Assembly (NCBI GenBank): GCA_964035545.1
Contig: OZ037769.1
Location: forward strand, 15,344,633 to 15,408,632
Direction: 5' to 3'
Length of the DNA stretch: 64,000 nucleotides
From: Bugula neritina
Lineage: Eukaryota; Animalia; Bryozoa
Shown: piece after piece, positions 36,622 through 48,600 of the stretch
Position numbering within the stretch: position 1 is the first letter of the stretch
How the letters are laid out: each line of letters starts with the position of its first letter
Program-made: the position numbers and the translations under genes
Notes under the pieces: model-generated
Seen by the model: the letters and a program-made list of their open reading frames with translations, nothing else
Databases searched by the model: none
What the model was told of the DNA's origin: nothing

Positions 36622-39600
36622 ATGTCGGGAACTGCTGCGAGGTTAGTTCTTACTTTTTGTATTTAAATAAGAAGGTTTTCCTGCTACTTGATAATAATCT
36701 ACATTCATATGATAGTACATTTAAAACAAATGCTATTGCCCATTTCAATTTGTCTTTGAAAAAGCTAAAACTAAAAGTATAAGGCAAAAACAATCAGGAG
36801 CACAGTTACTGTTAGTGTTAGTCACTTAGTGAGTTATTGTTAGAATAAGTTATTGTTAGTGTGAGTATCAACGCAAAAACTATAAATAATAATATTTCAA
36901 TAATCATGACTAAATACTTAGAGTATAATCATAATGTAATTATATAATAATAATGATGAATAATATAAATATTAATACTAATACTAATAGTAATAGTAAT
37001 AAATTTACTTTTTAGGCTTACTAAATATCAGTCATACTTAATCTTATACTTATACTCGCATAATTATAGTAATCTTAGACTTAAAGAAATGTGTCAATTT
37101 CTGTATTAACATTAATCATTAATGTTTATATTGCTTAGTAAGTTGTAGTTGATATTATAATTGTTTTATTATGATCATCATCAAATTGAATTTGATATGC
37201 ATATTAATTATTAATAATATTCATTATGGTTATTATTGCACTTGAAGTTGATTAAATTTCAAATTTAAACTTGCTTAAACTTAAACTCGAACTGAGCTTG
37301 TAAACTAATATCCATAATTTAACTCACTTGAAGTTAATGATATTGATTATCGTAGTCATACTGATACTTGCTCTAAAACATTTGCCAAAGCCCAAGTTAA
37401 TACTGATAGTTTTGGTGATAGTAATAAAGCTAATTATTAATAATAATAATAATTATAGTAGTCACTATGACTATTACTATGAGCAATATTGATATTACTG
37501 GTACCACTATAACTATGAGTATATGTGTAACTATTTGATAATTAAAACTTAAAAGTCAAGCTGAAGCTGTAGGTCACCATAAACTAAATATAGTAGTAAT
37601 ATTAATTATTAGATAAGGAGTATTCATATTGTTAATACTCATGCTACTAGTTTTGCATTTAGTGGGTAAATTAAATGGAATATGCTTCTGTTGCTGCATT
37701 AACGAGTCAGTGCTGCATCCATTTCAAGGTTAATATTTGGATTTATTGGTTTAGTCAATGGTGCAATCATATCCATATTTATGCTAACAGAAGTTGTCAT
37801 GGTTAACTCATTCATAAATTGAGATTTAGCTTATCACATAACCATGTTGATATTAAATTTGATTCCATATACTTATTTAGACACAATATCAGCATGTGCT
37901 GATATTTACTGGTATTAAAATGATAATTTATGCGTTATCAAACCTAAAAGATGATTTGGATGATAATGACAATATTATAGTAATAGAAAGGATTATCATT
38001 ACTAGCATAAGTTGTAAGGATTCATTAGTGCAAGCTAGAATTATCATTGTGATGATAAGCACCAACACTAACTTCTATGAAAGTTAAAAGACCATAGGAT
38101 TAGTTAATATCAAATGCCATTGTAGTAAATGTAATGTTGTCATATTTGGTTATTTTATTTAAAAATACATTATATATATGTTTGTTTTTATTATGAACCT
38201 TCATTCATCTAACCTTACTCTAATCAGCTAGGCAGCTAAAAGCTTGATACTTATTTGAGTGACAATTGCTCAGGATGGCTAGTTTTTGCAATCCCTGTCT
38301 TGCATATTTATCATTTATTCATTTCTAAGATAGTGCAAGGCATAAATATTGTGATAAGATAAGAACCAACTTTTTAATACAACTCTGGGCATTTAGAATG
38401 TTTCCCTGGCTAACATTCTTACTAGTTTTAAAAAGTTGTCTTATGAAATGCTGGTACTCTGTAAAGCAGAAAAGTTGTATTTTAGAATAGTAATCTGATA
38501 AGACCATTTCCCACAATGCAATGAACCTTGAATACCATATTTTAAAATTTCATCGAAATAATCTTTTTCCTTATAAAATATGAGGTTGAATTTTAAAGAA
38601 AAGGTTTTTTGTTCCCATTATCTTTTTGCTTGCTAATTGTGGATCTTGTAGTTGTTCAGCTTTTAGTAGAAATGGCAAATAATATATCTACTTATAAATA
38701 GGCTCTATTTGTTTATATATTATGTGTTAAAATCCCAAATTGTTATAATTAGATTAATTGGCTAATTGTGCCACAAAGGTTAAGCTAATATTCTAGTTGG
38801 TCTATTAGGCTGCTTGTTGATTCCTATCAGATTAGCTGATATGGGCCAAAACATCATGTTTAATGATTTTGTCTGAATGCTTTGCAATTTTCAAAGTTCC
38901 TAAAACTTCTACAATATCAGGAGTTTGAAAATTGTACTTGTTATATTACATTTATTTGTGTTTAAAACTTTAGTTGAGGTGAAAGAATAGAAATTTAGAT
39001 GGTTTTGTTGAAATCTTCCAGTTGCAATGTGATGTTTTTGTTTAAATTTTTGTGATGTTTTTGTTTAAATTTTTGCGATCTTTCAGTTAAATCATGTAAT
39101 TTTGACCTCCAAGCTGGACTTTTCAAATTTAACTTCCTCCTTTTCTTCAATGGCCACACAGTGTTGAGGTAGGTGCAGTAATGGAGAAATTGAGAAAGGC
39201 CTGTGTTCTATAATATTAGAAATGGAGCATAAGAACTTATGTCCTCACAAAAATTTCAACCCGCTACCCAAACCAAAATCTAATAATAAAATTAAAACAC
39301 TTAGCCTGTCTCAATTTCTCCACTATTGCTCCTAAATGACAAATGATGGAACAGATTGTCACTGTTTACTCCAAAGGCGACATGCCGCACAAGTTGGCAC
39401 TGAGTGTGTTGGTTGTGTTGCAGCTTCGACAACTACCCCGACTTTGAGGGACACAAGCATCTGATTGGTAAACTGCTGACTCGAGAGCTCTACGACCAGC
39501 TCAAGGGCCTCAAGACTCACAGTGGCTGTACTCTCGACCGATGTATGCAAGGAGGGGTGGATAACTATGACTTCTCCGTCGGTGGGTTTCTCCTGTGCCC

Positions 39601-42600
39601 CCTCTGTATACACCCCACCTTTTGGCAGTTTGTGATGAAACAACTCACGACTAAACTATTTGTGTTGTAAAGCTGCCGTTTAGGAGCAGTAGTGGAGAAT
39701 TTGAGAAAGTCGAAGTTCTTTAATTTTATTGTCAAATTTTGGTTTGGGATGCAAATTGAAATTCTTGCAAGAACATATCTTCTTATGCTACATTTCTAAT
39801 CTGAAACACAGGCTTTTCTCAATTCCTCCATTACTGCACCTACATCAAAGCTGCTATTTCCATTATGAAAGTACAATCTAACGTATACTTGAAATAGATG
39901 CATGTCGCACTATGGCCGGAGTGTAGGCAGCATCTACAAGCTGTCATGTGATATTGTTCATGCTGGGCATTCATTACAATCATTAGCAGGACGCAATGTG
40001 CAGAGCATAAAGTCTACTTCAAAGGGCAGTTTGCTCTTTGCTTATTATAAACTTGTGAGACAGAAGTTTGCATTTAATACACACAAGTATTCAGACTATC
40101 TCCTAGTTTACCTGATGTTTACACAAAGTGTTAGCCTGCCTCTTCTCATCACTAAACACTGTATCATGCTCCGTGTATGCATGTAGTGCCCTGGGAATTG
40201 TGTTCCCCTAGAAGGGCAGTATATTGGTGGCCATGTTTGCAGGCTGTGCTATGGGAGACGAGGAGTCGTACACTCTCTTTGGGGACGTCATGTACAGTGT
40301 TATCGAGGGAAGACATGTTGGCTACAAGAGAACCGACATACATAAGAGTGACCTAGATCCAAGCAAGCTGATTGGTGGAGACCTTGACCCCAACTATGTC
40401 GTCTCGACTAGGGTATGTATAGCGGCAGCCACTTATGTCTGAGAGGCAGCAGCTTGTGGCAGCGTAGACTGGCAGCAGCTGCTGAGCTTAATAATCGTTA
40501 GTTGAAGCACTTGTCTGGTTGATTAGATACAACATGCCTTGTTGAGACTCTTATCTATCTCTGCGTCTCTCAACAACTGAATTTTCACGACTTAAATATG
40601 AAGCAAACTCAGCCTCTCTCTCAGTCTAACTGAACTTACAGAGATGTAGCGTCAGTTTTAGCTAGAGTTGTGTGATTTACAGTGTGAGCTGTGGGTTGTG
40701 TAGCTGATAGCATTGCCCGTGTTTTTATAGATCAGAACTGGTAGAAATGTGAGGGGGTACTCCTTGCCCCCGTACTGCACTCGATCTGAGAGACGAGATG
40801 TTGAGAGTATTCTGCTAGGAGCTTTGAGCAATCTCGATGGACCCCTTAAGGTGACAAAAACTTATTTTGTGTTTATCTTGACCTCGTATTCACTCTGCAA
40901 TTTGCTGGGTTACCACAAAAAAACCTTGAAATCTGAAGTAATAAAATAAAAAAAAAATTTCTCTAAAAATGTTGCCAGCTGTGGGTTTCACCACCACACA
41001 CGAGGTCGTATTGACTCAATAGTCGTTCTTCTGCAGGGTAAGTACTACTCGCTGGAGACTATGACTCTTGCTGATCAGGACCAGCTCATCGCAGACCACT
41101 TCCTGTTTGACAAGCCCATCCACGCTCACATGACTACTCAAGGTACGTTGCAGTATAACAGTAGTCACCTAGTAGTAATAGTCAGCTAGCTACTCTCTGT
41201 ACTTTAGTACAATGTTCAGTGTTCATGGCTCATCTCACACTACTGTTACGTAATCGATTGCTTTCTTCTTTAAATGACTGTTATATGAGCTGGCATGGCT
41301 ATGGTTTCAACTGTATATTCTAAAGTTTTTAACAGAAGGACTTTCCTGCATAGAGATGTAGATTTTATTTTCGAAACAGTAAGCTTTTCGATGTTATTTG
41401 TGTTGAAATGGCCACCTCAAATTTTCTGTGTAAATTGTTGATAATTTTAGAAGTTTTCATTTTATTCAATGCAGCATTCCAATCTCCCACAGAAAAGTTT
41501 ATTCAGTACAAACTTTTTCTAATTTCTGCTATCAGTTTAAACATTAAATGTTGAGCAAATATTACTTCTGCTGATATAACACTATCAGTTCTCTCTGTCG
41601 GCGTGATCAATTTGAGTCTTTGCGGCTGCAGGTATGGCACGTGATTGGCCAGATGCCAGAGGTATTTACCACAATGACGACAAGAACTTTCTGGTGTGGA
41701 TCAACGAAGAGGATCATAGCAGAATCATTTCTATGCAGAAAGGAGGGAACATGAAAGAGGTGAGTGTATAAACTCAGTTCTCAAGTACGACAACAACTCT
41801 ACTTATCTCAGCAACTGTAGAAATCTTATCAGTTTTACCTTCCCTGGGAGTTTGACACTAGCTGCGGTTTGCAAAAGCTGCTATGCCTACCTGGTGTTGA
41901 CTTTACTACCTTTACTGCTGAAATGTTCGATCAGAGAAGTTATCTCTATGGGTTAAGAAAGTCTTATCACTTCTTTTTCTCTCTGTTCAGGTGTTCACCA
42001 GGTTCTGTAAGGCTCTGCTGGAGGTTGAAAGGCTGATGGGCGAGCAGGGAGGGAATGAGTTCATGTTCAATGAGCACATCGGATACGTCCTCACCTGTCC
42101 CTCCAACCTGGGTACTGGCCTGAGGACCAGTGTCCACCTTAAGATCCCCAAACTGTCTGAACATCCCAAGTGAGTTCCGCAATGCTGCTCAGTTACCAGT
42201 GCTGTGTACTTTTCTGTATAGTAATAGTATAGTAGAAAGCATACTAATATATAATACACTATATAAACATCTCCTTTGTAATATCTGCACCATACTGTCC
42301 TGGTTTAACACTCATAGCTGTCTCACATACAGCCTCTAGTGTAAGGTGCAGTAGTTTTTCTTCTGCTTGAGCGACTAAAACTAGCAGTTGTTGGTGCGAG
42401 AGAGAGAACTGTTGGTGCACAGGCTAGAAGTTACAGTATAGTTGTATATATTGCTAGTTACAGCTCATACATGGCATTCGGTTGATTTCCTGTCAGGTTT
42501 GTCGAGATTTTGAAGAATTGTCGTCTGCAGAAGAGAGGAACTGGCGGTGAAGAAACGACCAGCACAGACGGTACATTTGATATCTCCAACTGGGACAGAG

Positions 42601-45600
42601 TTGGTAAAACTGAAGTAGAACTGGTACAGCTTGTTATTGACGGTGTGGAACTTCTCATCAAGATGGAGAAGAAACTGGAAAAAGGTGAGAAACTCCTCAG
42701 CAAATTCTCATTTTCTGTTTGCAATCAGTAAATAAACTTTTATTCTAAAAGGTCTGGTCACCAGGCAATAAGCATTCAGCTGTTATGTTATCTTTAAATA
42801 TTTATGTTTGGCAATCAATTACTTAATAGAAACTGATACTGCCATTGTAATGAAAGGTCATGTTGTGCGGAGGTAGACTTAGGGCAAATATAAATACCTC
42901 TTCAATGTTTGTAAAGTCTAAAGTTATTGAGCAATTACTGATATGCGTTAGCTGGGGTTTCTTTGAGTTGAGTGATAATGTATTGTCAAGTGTTGTAAGA
43001 TATTTGCTTTAAATGCAATTTTGAAAACCTGGGTATATCTTTGGAGAACTTTAGTCATGAAATATGTTGTAGAAGATGAGTTGAACTGTTCCATTGTTGA
43101 AACTTTTCCAACTGTTAATTTGGTATTTTTTATCGCGATTTTTGTGTGACAATCTGGCGTTTCTTATTCCATTACTACACCATCTAACCTACACAATGTT
43201 TGAAACATCTGAAGTGTTAAGGAACACGTTTAGTAAATCACAAGTTAGAACAAAATTATCAGAACTAAATCAAGAATACTTGAATATTAAAATACCAACA
43301 GTTTATCAGCCACCTTATTCTGGTATCGGCAGTATTTCCAGCTGCAAGTTGTACAGTACGCTCGGTGACATGAAATATATTGTGGGTAGAAGCTTGTATG
43401 TTTGCTTGTTGATAAAATCTCATCAGACATTGTCAAGTGGTACTCTAGCAGTCAAGGGGTACTCTAAAAGTCAAGTCGCACTATCAAAGCTGTTGGTTGC
43501 TATCATCTACTGCCACTTCAGTCTTGTAACTTGATTAAAAAAGCATACAAACTCACACCAGTTAATTAATTTATCCCTGTTCTTAATTAATTTTACAACA
43601 ATACAATTTTATACCACTGTGTGTAACAGCTGCAGCACTACCATATCAAGGGGGTTGATAAATGTAGTCTATATATTAGAGTAAGCTGCAGTGGAAGGGT
43701 GGGTAATGGGTTGAACCCTTATGCCATCTAGAGATATCTCTATCCACTCACTACCAGGGTTTAGTTGTCACCAGTTCTGGGCTGCTGAACAGCCAATCAG
43801 AGTCTACTGGACACTCGTAAATCTCTCTCTGTGTGTAGAGGAAGTGATGTCATATCTGTGGTGTTTTCAGGCGAGTCTATTGATGATCTCATCCCTGGAG
43901 AGGACGGATGTGCTCGACCTCCAGTTGGTGGACAGCCTCTGCAGATAGTAAGTCACTCTCTGTAATTAGCAAGTCACTCTCTCTCTCTGCAGATAGTAAG
44001 TCACGTTTCTCTGCAGATAGTAAGTCACTCTCTCTCTCTGCAGATAGTAAGTCACGTTTCTCTGCAGATAGTAAGTCACTCTCTCTCTCTGCAGATAGTA
44101 AGTCACGTTTCTCTGCAGATAGTAAGTCACTCTCTGTAATTAGCAAGTCACTCTCTCTCTCTGCAGATAGTAAGTCACGTTTCTCTGCAGATAGTAAGTC
44201 ACTCTCTCTGCAGATAGTAAGTCACGTTTCTCTGCAGATAGTAAGTCACTCTCTCTCTCTGCAGATAGTAAGTCACTCTCTCTGCAGATAGTAAGTCACG
44301 TTTCTCTGCAGATAGTAAGTCACTCTCTCTGCAGATAGTAAGTCACGTTTCTCTGCAGATAGTAAGTCACTTTTCTCTGCAGATGTTCCACACTAGTCAG
44401 TTGTTAATATTCATGTCTTAGTTGTTTTCTTGGCCTAAAACTTCATTCCTCATTCTGTATTCTACTTTGCAGTCAGTTTATATACTCAATACACAGTGTA
44501 AGCTGTGCGCGCTAAACCTGTGTCACGTGACCAAGTGTATCAAAATAGCCCATCAAATAGCTTATGAATTTCTTCATCTGATTATGAGCATCACATCACG
44601 TAGACAGTAGGTCATGCATATCGTGTCTTAATGTTCATCCTGTAGTCGAATATTTTAGTACTTTTAATGGCTGAGCCTTCTATAATCCTAAATAAACATG
44701 ATTTGCTTTGTCTACTGACTTGCAGTGAAATAAGACTACTTAATATCCTGCTGTTTGTAATTTTGTTTGACTTGAAATGTTTTTGTAATTGATTGGACAG
44801 GTTACTAACCAACTAGTTACTGAATTATATATAAGTGGGATACTCCACAATACAGAACACACATTAGCTAAGGATTTAAACAGTCTACCAGCATTTCTAG
44901 CAACTCATTTGACAGCAACTGTTGAAGCTTACTAACCTTTAAGCCATTCCAGTAATTTGCAATGTTGGTTGTTTTCCCCTTACTCTTGCATTTAGTTTAT
45001 ATTCCTCAACTCAAAACCCTGTTTAATATAGAATGCATTCAGAAACTAGATCACTGAGGCTAAGATTTAGATAGACTTCATTTCCTCTTCCCTTACAGAA
45101 AGCTCTTCACTCTGCTGAGTGGCGGGCAACTCCAAAAGCCGACAACTACCCCAAGCTGATTGTAAACCACCACAACGTGCTGTCAAAGGTGCTGACGCAG
45201 TCACTGTACAACTCTCTGCAGGGTAAAAAGACAAGCGGCGGCGTGACCCTTGACCTCTGCATCCAGACAGGTCAGTTTACCATTCATTGCGCTATCTAGA
45301 CTGGGCCTGTGGGTCACCTAGACTTGAAAATGTGTGAAGATTTTTTTACTAAAGCAAGTTGTTGGTGCAGTGAACTACTATTAAGGCAGACCTGTGCCAG
45401 CAAGCTGTTAGCAGTAGACTGTAGCAATCAGAGCCGCAACTGCTCTGCTAGGAGTTCAATCATCCGTCTGAAATAGCAAGTAGCAAGAAATGGTGAATGT
45501 CCAGCAGTAACTTTTCTCTCTAACCTATAATTTGATACCATGTAAGGCTGACAGAGGTGGGAGGGGTTGTGTGTTTGGCTTGATCAAGTTCTCTTAGACA

Positions 45601-48600
45601 TTATATGTTTGTGTACTGATGCTTCAGTCTTCATAAAACATTTACATTTTCAACATATAAACAAGCTGTCATGAGATGAAAGTTTTTGGAACATACTTGC
45701 TGTCTGTATGTCACTACTAATAATAACACTGCATGCTGCTTTAGGCTGTGACAACCCTGGCAGCGCTGACAACGTGGTGGCTGGTGCTGTCGCTGGAGAC
45801 GAAGAGTCGTACTCTGTGTTTGCTGACCTGTTTGATCCTATGATAGCAGCTCTTCACAACGGCTATGCTAAGGTACAGTGTGTAGTATCTAGTACAGTGT
45901 CTAGTGTCTAGTACAGTGTGTAGTGTCTAGTACAGTGTGTAGTGTCTAGTACAGTGTCTAGTGTCTAGTACAGTGTCTAGTGCCTAGTACAGTGTGTAGT
46001 GTATCTATTGCTATGTGTAAAAATGCAGGTTTTTCTCTAGCTTGGGCCTATAGTCCAACATATGATTGCTTTATTGCTTTACAAGTTATCACATGTAATA
46101 CTTTTACTAAAATTAGCAGTATTAAAACACTGCGCCTATCTCCATCTCTGCATACTATACTTCCATCCGGTGGAAATGTAAACCATGTGGTGGCAACAAC
46201 TCCAAATCCATTAGATTATATTTTTTTATGCGAGTTATTCTGCCCTGTGATCTGATATCAAATCATTGCCTGTCCCACAATGCAATAGCACAGGAAGACA
46301 GCATCAGGCCTTCCTCTAACCCAGATACCCTGCGTTACACATGAAATTGTGTAAAGAATTTGGGTTGTAAGCATTAATTATTCTGCAGTCTGGGATTTGC
46401 GTAGTTAATGGATGATTTAATTATGAGTTTGTTAATCTGTTATAATTGAGAGGTTGATGTTATACTTGAGACATCATTTAAAACAGTTATATATGCAGGT
46501 TTAATATACCACTAGAGTAGCTATAAATTGTGCATATATTCATACCATCTTCCAGTATTTAATGGTAACCCTGCTTTCTAAGAATACCTAGTCTAGTTTG
46601 CTGCAAATAAAGTTACTGGATTCATTAAAGTGCAGGCTACAGGAAGTACTGTAAGCATTATTATCTCCCCTGTAGGGAGCCAAACACCCGGGCCAGCTGG
46701 CTAAGTCTAAGCTCACCAACGCAGACCTGGACAAAGAGTTTGTCAAGGGCTGCTGGATTAGCGTATCAAGGAACATTCGGGGGTTCCAGCTTCTCCCCAG
46801 CATAGACCGGGCCGGTAGACGTACCGTGCAGAAGGTCGTGTCTGACGCTGCCTCCGCATTGGACGGACCCTTCAAGGTTTGACTCTGATTACGTTACCTA
46901 GCTGTGCTTAATATACCTGCAGATAATATCTGAAGATGACGCCTTGCAAGTAAAACCTGTTGGTGAATCTTTAGGTTGTAAAGCAATTTTTTCTATATGA
47001 TTGTTGATAAATTTTTAATTAATAAATCAAATAATTTGAAGATTAGCCACTTTTGAAAACATTTTTAGAAATTTTATTGGCTGATGGTATAAATATAACT
47101 GATTATTGTTGCTAAAGCTGATATAGAAAGCAGTATATTATTTATATTTTATCCACTAGTAAAATAGACTGTTTGTAGCACTTCTTGTACCATAATAGTG
47201 TAATGTTATTATACTACTCATATTATATTAGTAATAATATAGTACTATTAGTAGTATATTAATAACAGTATATTATTAATAATATACTGTTAATAGTACT
47301 ATGATATAATATTACTAATATGCTATTAACAGTATAAAGTTGCGTTTATACCTCTGCTGGAAAAAGTACCGAGTTCAAGTTAATAATGCTTGTCCGGGTA
47401 CCCCTTTATAGTCAAACTGAAACTCGTTGAAATCATATTGATGCGGTTGCTCACTTTCTGAAATTGAAATTTGACTCGCATAATAGCTATTTGATGCCCT
47501 TTGTAAACGTCGTGAATTAGTGAAGCGGAAAGCATAAAAGCGATAATTGAGAAGGCGTAGGCTATATAGTTATAACCGTATAAGTACGTTGTCTAATCGC
47601 CAAAGTAATAACTAAATAACGATGTTTACAAGGAGTTATTACTCCTATTCTAAAATTGGCCGATTAAGTTATCACAGTACAAAATTTTCAACGGGTGGCT
47701 TTTACAATGCAATGCAACTCGGAGAAATTTCAACCCGGCCAAATTGAATTTTTGACCGAAAATCGTGAAGGTATAAACGCAACTTAATAATAACAGTATA
47801 TTTTTAATATACTACTAATAGTAATAATAGCAGGTATGCATTACACAATGACGCTACTATTGAACACTGCAGGGACAGTACAGGACTCAGAAGAGTATGA
47901 GTGAAGAAGAGAGAAAACAACTCATAAAGGAGCACGTCATGTTTGACGCCATCAAAGACACCAACGTGTTCGCCTCTGGTGGGTTTATACTCTTTGGTAT
48001 ATACGGTATTATATTATACTATATACTCTTTGGTATATACTGTATTATATTGTACTATATACTCTTTGGTATATACTGTATTATATTGTACTATATACTC
48101 TTTGGTATATACTGTATTATATTATACTATGTACTCTTTGGTATATACTGTATTATATTATACTATATACTCTTTGGTATATACTGTATTATATTATACT
48201 ATATACTCTTTGGTATATACTGTATGATATTATACTATATACTCTTTGGTATATACTGTATTATATTATACTATATACTCTTTGGTATATACTGTATTAT
48301 ATTGTACTATATACTCTTTGGTATATACTGTATTATATTGTACTATATACTCTTTGGTATATACTGTATTATATTATACTATGTACTCTTTGGTATATAC
48401 TGTATTATATTATACTATATACTCTTTGGTATATACTGTATTATATTATACTATATACTCTTTGGTATATACTGTATGATATTATACTATATACTCTTTG
48501 GTATATACTGTATTATATTATACTATATACTCTTTGGTATATATGGTATTATATTATACTATGTACTCTTTGGTATATACTGTATTATATTATACTATAT

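Noticed and set aside
43094-43534. 146-aa intronic ORF
   Set aside because: Non-ATG start, no recognisable domain, located inside a PK2 intron.
43889-44291. SADSKS and DLLSAE repeat ORFs
   Set aside because: Off-frame or antisense readings of the intronic tandem repeat.
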